64,000 nucleotides of DNA from Oculina patagonica (lineage: Eukaryota): contig NC_135769.1 of assembly GCF_052425735.1 (NCBI RefSeq), positions 24,862,001 through 24,926,000 on the forward strand, in the 5' to 3' direction. The translations under genes were made by a program, and so were the position numbers. Positions 48,801-61,521 of the stretch are shown one piece after another. The notes beneath the pieces were generated by a model. It ran no database searches. It worked only from the letters and a program-made list of their open reading frames with translations, and was not told where the DNA came from. Numbering within the stretch: position 1 is the stretch's first letter; every line of letters starts with the position of its first letter.

Positions 48801-51800
48801 TTTTTCAAAACGTGAACGCTGACCATGTCCCTTTAAGATAGAGTTAAACAATGGCGTGCTCTGAAAATAAACTACTTGTCAATTAGAATGTTTTCACAAA
48901 AGGAACCAACATACTCTCTCGTAGTGTTCCTAAAATTTTGTCCAAGTTACTATTCAGTAAGCTGGCCACGTCGCCACTATAAGTGTCTCATAGGTAAGTG
49001 ACTGAGCCCAGCTGTTCAAGGGTGGATAACGCTATCCACCAGGCCCTAGTTGTTCAAAAAGTGGATAACTCTATCCACAGGATAAATAGCTATCCAGTGG
49101 AAAAGTATTAACAAAACATTCTGCACTATCCACCGGATAGTGATTTATCCGGTGGATAGCCTTATCCACCTTTTGAGAAACTGGGGCCTGATAAATCGCT
49201 ATCCAGTGGATAAGTGTTTACAAAACATACTGCGCTATCCACCGGAAAGTGGTTTATCCAGTGGATAGCATTATCCCCCCTTTGAACAACTGGGCCCAGA
49301 ACGATATAACTACCTTATTCTTACTAATTTTCGCGCTTACTTAATTTCGCGAAAAGTCGGAAGCCAAATTTCGCGAGTATTAATTTTCGTGAATGTAAGA
49401 AAAATTAGAGCAAAAGTGTATTAAATTTCGCGATTTCGTCAGTGTTTTTTAAAAGAAACTAATATACAAAGGACTGATTTTTCGCAATGTTTTTTCGCGC
49501 TTATTAAATTTCGCGATTATTTTGAAATCGCGAAAATTAGTACATGTGCTCGCGAAAATTAGTAAGAATAAGGTAATTGATGGCAACTCCATAAACCGAT
49601 GTAAAGCATAGGGACCGCGGTGATGGCTATTGGTTATGGTTTCGCAAAACAAGGAAAACTAACAACTTTGCTGTGATTGATTAAAGCAAGTCGCAAGAGC
49701 ATAATTAACTTTCAGCCATAGAAGTTAAAAGATATTCTGACGGTCACTGAAAAGCTACTTACACTGCCAGCACCTCCACCTCTGCACCATCCTTTTTGGG
49801 GTCGGGAATTCACCAGGGAGGGGGGGGGGGCATCTTGATCGGATAGAAGGGCTTATTTAAAGCGGATTCAACAGCAATAGCCTACTTGAAGAATAGAAAT
49901 TCATACTTTTGCTATCGATATAATGAAGAAACAAACTTACAAATTACTGGCATAATGTAAAACTTACGTTTGCAGCTAGTGACGAAGGGAAACTTCCAGG
50001 TTCCGCTTTCTAAACATGTTGTGGTCTGTCCCGCGGGATTCTCGGGAGTGAACCCAGGATTGCAGGTAACCGAGCATGTATCGTTAAACTTGTTGCGATT
50101 ACTTTCACCACAGCGATCGGGTTTCAATTCTCCGTTGTCAGGTTTTCTTAAAGGGGGACAGTAAATAGCTGCATGGAGAAACATAAAGAACCGCTAAGAT
50201 ATAGCACCCGCAGATTTACTTTGCAGAGCAATATGTACAAGCTACTCTGTCAGGAATTATGTTCCACAAGCGACTGCTGCAATTCGGGCCACCTGAAAGC
50301 CTTACTTGTAAATATTCAAAATCAAATTGATTGCAAGGTTGGTACTCGGCAATAGCGCAAAATGTATTGGCCAGTATTTCAACTAGCAGTGCTAGTCTTT
50401 GGAGCCACTAGCTCTGCTAGTTGAAACACTGGCCAATAAATTCATTGTACCCTTTTGCAGTGGTACAAGCCTCGAAATCAATATTGGTTTTATTTAGTAC
50501 ACTTAGAGTGACGTCAGATGTGGTACGAGCATTTCCTGAGCAAGAGATCCGAAAACAGACAAGTCAAGCAGTTTTATTCTTCATTGCGTGGTCCTCTGCA
50601 TTAAATTGTTTTCCTATTTTAACAATTCATTTTTGTATATGTCTAGAGCATCGGCCGAGCCAATAACCTGCATTTTTTAAAATCTAACATGACAGGAGCA
50701 AGATAAAACCATCAGCTCTAATCACAAAAACAAAAGCGTAGTCGAGCAGTTAATTCTCTTCACCTATTGTTATAATTTTCTTAAATGTAATTAATGAGAA
50801 CTTGTTGGACAATCAGGTCGAATCAGGTTTACGTGAACTGGTTTTGTTTATCAGTGTCGCCGGCCTACTTGTCAATACACGTAAGGAGAAAATTGACATT
50901 TATCACCTTCGACGATTAAAGAATCAAACGTCACTTACGTCTGTAGTAACAGTAGTAGATCACGTGACCAACAGGGTCTCTTGTTACACCATAAGGATGA
51001 GCACCAGCATAATCGTTCTTTGACAGGATTGTCAAATACTCCGTCTCGTAGTAAATGTATTCTAAGTTTGACATGGCCCCTCTGACCGCCTGGCAAGTTT
51101 TACTGCCGTAAGCTATCAGATAGAACGGCCAGTCCAGAGGGAGGCTGATGGGAGATAGGGCCGAGCCACGAGTGCTGCAGCAGTAGTAGATGCGCCTGTT
51201 GGAATATGCAAATGCATTTGCTTAATAAAAAGCGCAATACGTGTGTTGTTTTATTACAGAAACAACAACAAGGTTTATTTGAACTGCAAAATTACTAGTT
51301 ACTACCTAAACAATAAATAAATTAAAAATACATACAGTTGCTGGTCACCCAAAATAACTAGAAAGCTAAACTAGTTGTACCTATCGGTAAGTGCCAACGA
51401 GCGAAATACTCATGTTTGTTCATAAGAACAGATATTGAATGGTTTTTGATAGAACTATATTTGAAATGACCAAAATAAGGTAAATTGTATTTTAGGTAAT
51501 ATGCGAAAAAGTGCTACTATTTCAGTCTCTGGTGTTCATAAATGACACAGGCTTGATAGCCTGCGTAGCAGGCGCCGTAGTTTCCAGCGCGTGTATTCCC
51601 GCGATCGCGCACTCTTTTAAACACACTAAAAAACGTACACAGATGTCTGCTACGCAGGCTACGGGTTTGACAGATTGATAACTCTTGACAAATCTTTAAA
51701 TTCTTTTCAACGTTAAAATGTCACAAAATGTAGGCAATAAATGAGGTTTAATCACTGTTTTTTAAATACAACACGCGATGGTTTAAATGTTTCAAGAACT

Positions 51801-54800
51801 TCTTATAAATCAAATCCCAAAATCAAAACTGCTAAGATGCTTTTTTAAAAATAATTTTCAGTAATCAGAGACAGTAATGCACGGGTCAGATTTCAGTCTC
51901 GCATGCGAAGTGTCATGTTCAGTTACGCAAAACTTGAAAAATTTGAACAGAAAACAAAACTTGAACGGTCAAGGATTATTTGGAGACAAAATTTTTATTC
52001 AAGTTAACATTACATTTGCCGTTAGAAGCAAAAAACTTTTGACTTTCTTGTGTGTATGACATGCAGTAATTTTAGTGAGCGTCGCTTTGTATTGATGTTA
52101 TTCCTACGCGTAGCGAAAATACGTGCCAAATAAAATATAAACGGTATTTGATTTGGAATAAATCATCGGTCAAACAATTACTATAAACACAATCAACACT
52201 AAAAGGAAGCATTTACCCGACTTCAGCATTCTCATAAGTCAAGAAAACTCTATTTGAAGTCAACAGTCCGCTTTTGATTTTCATGTCTCTCTTCGATCGT
52301 AAATCAAAGGACTCCAAAGTCGAAAGATTATTTCGTCGCTTTGAAGACCTTGATGTTCATTTTTTCGGCGGTCGAATATTCTGTAGGGTATTCTCTTTCG
52401 ATTAATAATTCCCTAAAGGTGTATTTATCGGTAAAGGGATGAATGACCACATTGAAAATTTTAACAGCGAGCCGCGTGGACGCCATTTTGGTCATTTGCT
52501 CTCTAGCAAGGAGTGAGAGACTGAGAACCAGTTGGGAAGAACAATACAACCCAAATATGGGGTTTACTTACACCCAAATATGGTCAAAACAAGTCCCTTA
52601 CGCAGAACTTAAGATTTTCTCTGCCTATACACTCACACGCACACGGCTCTATGATTCTGCCGCCTCGACAGCCTCGCCTCTTGGCTCGGCTGTCTCGTTG
52701 GCAACTAGTTGGGTGACCACCATTTATTAATTTAAAGTAAGTATAAGGTTAGAAAAGAGGCATTTTACATTTTACACACTTAATTAAGGAGGTAGATTAC
52801 AGAACAAATAATTCTTAAGCATGTATGTACAATAAAAAAGATAATAGTAAAAAAGAAAAATGGCAGAAATGCCAGAATATAGCAATTAGTAGAAAAACCT
52901 AATAGAAATTAATGAAATGCAAGGATAATTCTCTTTTAAATGAGTAAGGGGTTAGAATCTTAAATCTCTCATCAATTTCATTCCATAATATAGGTCTATT
53001 ATATTGAATTTGCCATAGTTTGTTCGAAAGCTATTGTACTACTTCCTCGCATACATCGAAACGATTTCTTACCCATTTGCTTCCAAGTCTACAATGAATT
53101 TTCTCTTGAAAAGGTTTAACAACTGTTTTTCAATTGCTATCATTTTAATTGTCACACATTAAGGTTTCATAAAGAGACTTAAAGTTAGGACCGCACTTGA
53201 AAGCATAATAAGCAGTACCACATAACAGTACAAAAGTTTTTTTTTCAAAGATTTCTCTCCTCCGCAGAAGCTGCTGAGAGAATCTTAGGACGGGGGAGGG
53301 AGGGGAGCGTCAGTCGTGCATCGAGAGTCTAAAATTTTTCTCTCCCTAATCTTCGCACGCGCACTAATACGCGAATACAACAGAAGCCTCTGAAATTCAA
53401 AAGTTAGAATAACATTGCGCAGTACCACGCGAAAGCACTGCTCAATACATTTCTCAACAGTTTTTTTTATTTCAATGGTCTCAGAGGGCCACTTGGGTCA
53501 AAATGAAAATGAAAAAAAAAGAAATTAGAATCACATCGCTGGTATTTAGTATAGTTTAGAACAAATTTTTTTATGGTGGATTTCCACTGACGCGTAATTT
53601 TTTACGCGCGTGAGAAAATTTAGAGCAAATGTAAGAACGTCTAGCGTAAACGTGTAAGCAAGCCGTTTATACATTGTGTCTAATATTTTTCACGCACGTT
53701 AAAAATTACGCGTCAGTGGAAATCCACCATTAGTCTTTGTACTCACGTATTCTGATCGTAAACTCCCTTCGGCACTGTTCCCCACTTAGAGTTCTTGTTG
53801 TAAGATATAGCGGTATTTTCATCATCCCACTGGACCCAGCCAATGTCCATACCCCAGGGGCATCTCTGGCCCCACAAATAAATACAGTACTTCCCAGAAG
53901 GCCACTTGCTCCTCTGAGAATCGTTTATAGTAGATGTTTTCATACAAAACGATCGCTCGACATCCCCGTTCGGTCTGACGGCAGCATTTAAATGGAATTG
54001 CAGAGAATGTCTCGTCTGCGGGTCTGTATCCTCCAAGTCTTGATACAGTGTTCCTGTGTTCCACTTTATGGATGAGTCGGAGGGACAACCGTTAATAGCC
54101 ATTGGTAGACCATATAATCCCTCCGGCCAACCTGTCATTCCTAAAACGCGACACATATGCACCTCACAACCAAACCACAATTCGTGAGCTACATTCACAC
54201 AAGTACGTTTACTAAGCTTGAGTCCCTGCTCCGTATAAAAATAGCCAAAGTGGTTACATCGATAAACGTTTATGTGTACTTGCATTGGCTTCCCCCTCCC
54301 CAGGGCAAGCCAGTCTTCAAAGTGAGTGACCCTCCACCCAGGATCACCTTCCCCCCAGGCCAGTTTGCAGCTATCAGCCGACAAAGAAATGCATGAAAAG
54401 AAATGTATGGAAAGCTCTCTCGCCTAGGGTAGCTCGGTATGAAGGGTAACCCTCTTACCAGAGACAACTTTTTTAGTCTATATAAACAGGCCCAAAATAT
54501 CGTGCAAACATGGTATCTCCACAAAGTTCTGGTCCCCAGAGGCCGGGATCCTTCCGGTCAGCGCCAGGGATCGACCGGAAGGATCGTGGCCTCTGAGGAC
54601 GAGAATGCGTTACATGTCATAAGCTCCCTCAGCTGAGCTCTGCATATTCCACTCCTGACCGCAAGTGACTCGCGTTTTGCGCCCATGTCTGTCGTTTCTC
54701 TTCTGGTCCGTCACGCAACGCAGTCCTTTCCAATGAACGGAGAGTGCGTGACACAAAGAATCATAAGAGAAACACACCTCCGTGCAGACGACACCACGGG

Positions 54801-55363
54801 AGGTTTTTTATATTATCCATGCAAAACAAAGAAACAAACAGTCCAACCGACAAAAACGACATAAATGACTGCTAATAAAAACGTGCCGAGCATATTAGAA
54901 TTCGGACAAAAAGTTACAAAAAAAGGTTGATTGATCGATTGATTGAAAAGCTAGTAGCCTTTTGTAACGCAATGTGAGTTGAATTTCTCAATACGACAGA
55001 TTGCTAGTGGCGCCACAAGCTCAGCATGCAAAGATATTGTGCTCAGAAATTCACAAACGCTATTATCTTTCTTGATTTCTGGTCAGGATTTGAGATTGGA
55101 GTTTTTAGGTGTCCCATCAAAGATTCACGTGTAATAGCAAAACGCAGCAAAACGCATACTGCCGGAACATGTGCAAAAGTTTCCTATATTCCTCTCCCTA
55201 CGCCCCCGGCTACATAGGCTTAATTACCTCTAGTCTATAATAAAAATATTTAAACACTGCACGATAATATTTCATAAGAAATTCGTAACACAGTACCTTT
55301 GATTCTCGGTGATGGTAAAAGTAGATTTAAAATGAAGAGCTCAAAAACTGTTGCCGCGTACAT
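45882..55363 (-). CDS. Type I membrane protein: leader, apextrin C-terminal (ApeC) domain, Sushi/CCP, Ser/Thr stalk, TM, tyrosine-motif tail; 9 exons, about 536 aa
   Basis: Exons 55363-55297, 54140-53747, 51195-50939, 50168-49968, 48558-48099, 46988-46944, 46596-46549, 46474-46415, 45960-45882, all GT-AG with matching phases. ApeC: WPEGLYGLP..GCP...YQDLED...WPSGKYCI...CP.G...WDDEN...P.G.YDQNTRIYYCC...IYYCYY. Sushi: CPPL..PDNG...C.V.CNPGF...TC.ESGTW....SC. TM: FLIGTAVGGLVLLGVIISMFVLY-RRR. Exon 1 is the least certain. Confidence 0.82.
48574..48832. mobile_element. TTAA-flanked (Kolobok-like) MITE with internal palindrome
   Basis: ttaa|agggacatggtcagcgt...acgctgaccatgtccct|ttaa. Confidence 0.8.
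49004..49573. mobile_element. Cluster: nested Harbinger-type (gtggata-rich) MITEs 49004-49297 and a TA-flanked MITE 49313-49573
   Basis: gcccagttgttcaa-type TIRs; ccttattcttactaattttcgcg / cgcgaaaattagtaagaataagg. Confidence 0.7.
51558..51661. mobile_element. MITE tagcctgcgtagcag...ctgctacgcaggcta
   Basis: TIR with degenerate 9-bp TSD caggcttga / cgggtttga. Confidence 0.7.
53573..53731. mobile_element. Harbinger-type MITE immediately after the ApeC exon donor
   Basis: atggtggatttccactgacgcgtaatttt, inverted at 53702-53730. Confidence 0.75.
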
Positions 55364-57002
55364 TATTGCCGAGAATTACGCCAGCATTACTGCATGTTGG
55401 CTAATCATGATGTTATTGTACGATGTACGTCAAAACAGGTCAAGTACCAAGATCAGTTTACCAGTTAAAAATTAGCTCTGAGAACAAAGGCCCAAGAATT
55501 AGAAAAGCCCACTGAACTTCACATGTATTTCAAATAATAATCCGACTTGTGACTGTGCGTACTTGTTTTGAAATCCTTTCGATGAACTGAGTTGTGTAGG
55601 TGATCGTGGTTATTGTTGACTAAATTGTTAATGACCTTTACAGTGTTTTCCCTCCGCGGGATTGGTTGAGGGGGGACGACTCCCATATGAAACAGACGCG
55701 ATGCTCATCGGAAATTTTTAATTAAACTCCTAAAGAGATCATGCAATCTGGGCTTGGATTAAGCTTTTTTGACCCCTTAAAGATACCAAATTAAAAAAAA
55801 AAATAGAATTCATATTAGACCTTGCCAGCTAAGGGACGGAGCATTATTTTCTTGGAGGGAGGGGGGAGAGGGGGGGGGGGGGGGAGAGATGAAAAATTTT
55901 TCTCTGCGACCTTTTTTTGTTTCGAAATACAAACTATGTTTTGTTATACATATCTTGTTTGCAAACAATAAATTTTACCTTTCTAGGCCCGCAAACATTT
56001 TTTTTCAATATTTTTCATAAAGTTTTCAAGTTATGCGGATTCGGATCACTTAACGAAAATAACGGCGGCTTGAAGGATCATTGACGGATTGGGCCAAAAA
56101 ATAGCACGGATCGGCGGATTTTCGTACCCCTATTCACCCCTTCTTGTACCTCGAAGTAAATTCTGAAAGTTACGGAGAGCTTTCGTTTAAACTAAAGTTG
56201 ATGGAATTATAGGTGGTTTTCACTGTCACGCCACTGTAACGCCGCAAAAAAATAAATCCAAAACTATTGTCAAAAATATCAAGAATATTACAGGTTGTAC
56301 AATACTACTATATAAACTACTTGTCCAAGTCTCAGGTCTGTACGGTATTCCGTAATCGAGTTATCCATCAAAATGTTTTACGCAAATTTAGAAAGCACAG
56401 TATGGAAACGCCATGTTGGAGCCCAACTGCTTGGGCTCCAACATGGCGGCCGGAAATCAACAAAAACAACTGGCATTCACTTCTGCTACAAAAAGCGGTC
56501 AGATGACCATCATGAACAAGTAAACATTCAGATAAACACTTCTTACAAAATCTCAACTGTTCAGATTGTTAAAAATTACAATATGAAGAATTTTCTTAAG
56601 TATACGTGACAGCCTTCTGGCGGCCATTTTTGATCACGTGTGGCGTGAAACTCCGAAATTCAAAATGCTTTATCTTAAAGACGGCGCATGCTATCGAGCT
56701 TAAAACCTTCAACAAGATATATATTTAGGACGTCTAATAGCCAGTGAAGGATAAAAACTAAGGGGACTTGCGATCCTGGATTTTAGAATTTTGATGACGT
56801 CATGTGAAAACCAAGAATTGATCAGTTGAAGGGCAATGCTTATTTCGTGAAAACTCCACTCGTCGAAAGAAATCATTAACAACATCGTAATTACTTGTAT
56901 TACAAATCAAAAAAATAAAATAAAATTTGCCGTAAAGCGAGGCCGGATAAGCACTGCGGTAGTGGTAAGTAATTACATTAGCACATTTTCTTGGTAGTTT
57001 TT

Positions 57003-57070
57003 CAACCTCGTTCCCAGGGCTTTTCCCTTGATTCCAAATCACCAAGGGAAAAGCCCTGGGAACGAGGTTG
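57003..57070. mobile_element. Hairpin MITE with 10-bp TSD
   Basis: caacctcgttcccagggcttttcccttg...caagggaaaagccctgggaacgaggttg; TSD ggtagttttt. Confidence 0.8.
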
Positions 57071-58206
57071 GGTAGTTTTTGAGGGTCTCAATACCTGTAA
57101 AACAGCCAAAAATTTAGCCGTTAGGCGTAAAAATTGAAAAATTTTAACCGTTAGCCATAAAAAATGTTAACCGTAAAAAAACCCAGCCACTAAAACAAAG
57201 GTCTCAAGATCTTTTTCCAAGACATTTTTCTCTTGCTTTTTACGTGTTTTGGTACCAAGTAAGGACGATACTCTAAATTAGACAAACCGAAAGTGTTGGA
57301 AGTGTCTGCCGAATTTGTCATGGCACAAGTTAAGTCGTGGGCTTTCATTGCAACTCCCTGAGTTGCTTTACAAATGTTTACAGCTAATTTGAGAAAGGTT
57401 GTCAGAAAAAACGCAAATGTGCATGCGACAAGACCGAAAGGTAGTATGGGTAGGAGTAGAGAGCTTCTGTACGCGCTTCTGCATGTGCAAAAAGGGTACT
57501 TTTAGCCCCCTGAATTTTAGAAAAATTTTCAAAACACAAACACATGCGACAGAAAAAGTAAAGCAACAAAAAAAAGGCCTCTTGAGAGGAAAAAACAAAA
57601 TCTTAACGTGCAAAAATACAAACTTGTACATATCCTCAAGGCCAATATGCAAAATCCAAGTGAATACCCAGACCACCTTTCGGTCTTGTCACGTGCACTT
57701 TTGTGCTTTTTTCCGACTGCAACCTTCATCAAATTAGCTGTAACTGCAGTTCACACGATTTGTTTCATATCATTATCTCACATCCTCACATTTAGGGCCG
57801 GGTGTAAATAAAGCGTGTTTTTGATCCGCTTGATCAGCGGTTTCACAGTTCAGTTCGTAGTTAAGTACATTTGCGAAGCGGTACAAAAATTAATTTTCCA
57901 ATAAGGCTTTGATACCTTTCTTTAATTGATTCTAAGATATACATGAATTAACATACAGAACTATATTATCTCAGTATTGAGATGTTATTGAGATGTTTTC
58001 AATGCGAAAAAAATAAGCTTGGCTCCTGTCACGGTCATCTTTTATACGTCACGTTCGGTTCGCTCTGATCCAGCCTTTTTCAAGGTCGGTAATGAAGTTA
58101 ATAATATACGTAGTAACACAAAATAAAGGCTATGAACATGGAGCTCTACATACACAAATAGTCATCAATAGACCATTCAACTATCTAAGCGTTATAAATA
58201 AGATAT

Positions 58207-58340
58207 TTAGCTGAACAGTAAGGTGGGAAACTGACCCGTTGTTTTATAGGTTCCATGACTGCTACCAGCTGAAGCACGCCAAAAGGTGAATCGTACTCCT
58301 TGGCACTCTACAAACGCTTGCCCTTCCTTTCCGTACGAGC
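58207..58340 (-). pseudogene. 3' fragment of a fifth BTB-PHR copy
   Basis: Translates SYGKEGQAFVECQGVRFTFWRASAGSSHGTYKTTGQFPTLLFS*, paralogous to the C-termini of the other copies. Confidence 0.8.
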
Positions 58341-58639
58341 GATTCGTATACAGTACATGTAGCTGGGCTGTACAATGTAGTACTCTACTGATAGACAGTG
58401 TGTCTCAATGCTGCATATCAATCAATTTATAATTAGATTCAGTTGAAAGACGAGTGTGAGCCTCATTTTAGTTACTGAACACTTTAAGCTGTCAGTGAAG
58501 TCATAAAAGTGACGTCATAGTGGTGACCTCTATAACTCTCTATAATACAGACACCTCTCTAAAACGGACACTTTGCTCTGTCCCTTCGGTGTCCGTATTA
58601 GAGAGGTTCAACTGCATATCAAAAACCCATACAACTTTA

Positions 58640-59608
58640 TTAGCTGAACAGTAAGGTGGGAAACTGGCCCTTTATTTGAGAGGTTCCATTGTTGGTTATA
58701 TCTTCAATAGTAGGAAAGACGAATTTTACTCCTTGGCACTCAACAGATGCTTTCCCTTCTATTCCGTACCATGATTCAGGACCTTTGATAAGTGACACTA
58801 ACTTGTACGCATTATTTTCCACTAAAAAAACTGGACGATCGAACAGTACAACAAAGCCAAAATAGGTATAATAAGAATGAGTCACGTCCTTTTCTGAGAT
58901 GTAGGATCCTGATTGTTTTCCCAGTAAAGAGCCATTTGTGGCATCTTTAACTTCTATAGAAACTGTGTACTCGGCACTTTCAAGAAAACCAAAATGCCGA
59001 ACTCCGTGTAACATGATAGGCTTGTCGACAGTGAAATCAAGAATGCCTGGCTTTCCGCGCTGGTATTCCCACTCACAAAGATACCGTCTAAATCTATAGC
59101 ATCGATGAAAAGACTGAATTATAGGAGTTTGTATAAAAAATAACGATGATGTTAAAACATCATTATAGTATTTTATCATGTCCTCAGCCTCTTCGAAAGT
59201 TAGAATGCAAGTATCGACCGAGGCAAATTCCTTCTCCGACATCAATGGAAACCTTATCGCTTTCACGATCTCCTCTCCCAGAATTCGTCTTTTCGCATCT
59301 CCATCAGGAGATATTCCTTGCCTTTCACCGTCTTTTATGGCACAGCGATCAACAGCTTTAAACAGTTCCACTTCCTTCACAGTCAATACTTCTCTCTTCA
59401 CAACAGACTCGACAAGGGATCGCTCAAGTGTGACAAACTCATCTGACGTCACAGCTTCTTCTATTTGCTTCTCAATCACTTCCCAGCAACGATCTTCCAA
59501 ATCTTTTTCTTTCTGAGCGTGCGATAAGATACAAAACATGTTGGATGCTTTCAAATTGTCTCGCAGATATTCCGTACATTTCCCAGGTAGTGAAGGCACC
59601 ATATATTT
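58640..59608 (-). pseudogene. 5'-truncated BTB-BACK-PHR copy C
   Basis: Homology to copies A, B and D begins at KYMVPSL (about 59608); most of the BTB domain is missing and a Penelope-like RT lies upstream. BACK and PHR remain open. Confidence 0.85.
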
Positions 59609-59789
59609 AAAGTTCAGCAAGCAAACCCTGTGTACGATCTCCTACCGGTATACGTTGGATCAACTGAGTGATCTAATCGGTTTAACACATAGAAAACTGA
59701 AATTGAAAAGCAGAGACCGATAAAACGTAGAATGAGAGAATTAGTTTTGTACTTTATTTCGGCTGGCCAAACCAGCCTTCTTCAGGTAC

Positions 59790-60990
59790 AATGGGATGAC
59801 GTAAAACCAGGACGATTCTACATACTACCCAAAGTACACAAACCCGGCAATCCAGGACGCCCCATCGTTTCATCTAATAGCCATCCCACTGAACGCATAT
59901 CCCACTTCGTTGACTGCTACCTTCAACCTTTAGTTCATAAAATACCATCCTTTGTTAAAGATATTAACGACTTCCTTAACAAACTCCTCACCATCAGTAC
60001 TTTACCCGCCAACTCTCTGTTATAATGAAGGTATTTATGACTGTGACCACTTTCTTAGTACTTCCTCTCATAAAACCATTCCTACCACCAAACTCTGTGA
60101 CCTCATTCGTATGATTCTCAACTTTAACAACTTCACATTTAACAATAACCACTACCTTCAAATCCACGGCACAGCCATGGGTACCAAAATGGCTCCATCT
60201 TATGCCAACCTTTTCCTGGGCTATTTCGAAGCCAAAGCTTTAGAAAGTGCCCCATTCCAACCCCACACTTGGTTTAGATATATCGATGATATTTTTATGA
60301 TCTGGACTGAAGGTCTGCATAACCTAAAAGTCTTCATCGATTATCTCAACAGCATTCATCCCACCATCAAATTCACCAGCTCACATTCTTCAACTAACGT
60401 ACCTTTTCTTGACGTACTGTCAGTACTGACCTTTACACCAAACCTACCGACAAACACCAACATTTACTTTACTCTTCTTGCCATCCCTCACATACTAAAA
60501 AAGCCATTCCTTTCAGTCTAGCACTCCGTTTACGACGCATTTGTTCTACCGACGAAACGTTCAATACTCGCGCTGCCCAACTTACAACGTACCTTCTCAA
60601 ACGAGGTTACAACCGTAACCTTGTCACCAAACAAATACAACGCACGACCGACATCCCCCGTAGACTTGCCTTACATAACTACTTTTAATCCATCGCTTCC
60701 TCACATCTCTAACATTATCAAAAGACATTTTCATTTACTCTCTTCTAACCGCTGCAAAACCGTTTTTCAACCGTTGCCTGTTGTTGCTTTTTTAGTTTCT
60801 TACAATGTAATATTAATTTCTCTTAGGTAGGTAGTTAGTCACACGTACACACGAACCCTCAAGCATGTATTTGCTTTAAAACAGATCGTGGTTAAATAAA
60901 GGTTTTTATTATTATCAGGCGCTCCCCTAACCTTCGCGATTTACTAGTGAAGGCCGAACTCCCTTCTAATTTGACTAATCCGCATGGCTT
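59790..60990 (+). mobile_element. Degenerate Penelope-like element RT, with a short LINE 3' end inserted at about 60790-60917
   Basis: FYILPKVHKPGNPGRPIVS, YLQIHGTAMGTKMAPSYANLF, WFRYIDDIF, HPTIKFT, with frameshifts; VVAF/RRSPNLRDLLV is split by an AATAAA-ended insert. Confidence 0.88.
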
Positions 60991-61521
60991 CTTTTTGACT
61001 TTTCTTTTACAAACGAAGGGAAACCTTTTGTTTCGCAAAACAATGAAACTAGCTACAGTTTTGGGATTACAGGCCTAGCCCTAACCCCTAAGCTTAACCC
61101 TAGCGAAAAAAGCTTAACCCTAAACCCCAAGGGTTAGGGTTAGGACCGGTGAGAGAAACTCATGCATAATCAGAACTCACTTGTTAGCCACCCTAGAACT
61201 AGAACTTGATTACATAGAACTTGATCACCCTAGAACTTGATCACATACGCGAAATTGGATTGTAATGCGTAAGATTGTGACAGACAAAACGATCAACAAC
61301 AGTAGAAAGAATCAGAGGTTTGGGGTGGTCTGTGTTCAGAGTTTCAATGCAGTTTTTAAATATTTACGCCCGCGTCACGCAGTTGCGTGACACGCTGTAA
61401 GCCTGCAGTCGCAACAATGGTCAATTCAGCGGTAACTTTTCCTGTTTCGAGTGCAATGCGATCGAATAAATCTGCCGAGGGACAAAACTAAAGAAAGAAA
61501 GACTGTACTTGAGTACTAACG

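Noticed and set aside
54141-54384. N-terminal 80 aa of the 213-aa ORF
   Set aside because: Intronic read-through into a repeat; ApeC similarity starts after the acceptor at 54141.
61075-61145. CCCTAA/TTAGGG telomere-like repeats in opposing orientation
   Set aside because: Short, degenerate, and in the wrong order for an end-to-end fusion; more likely a repeat-element fragment.
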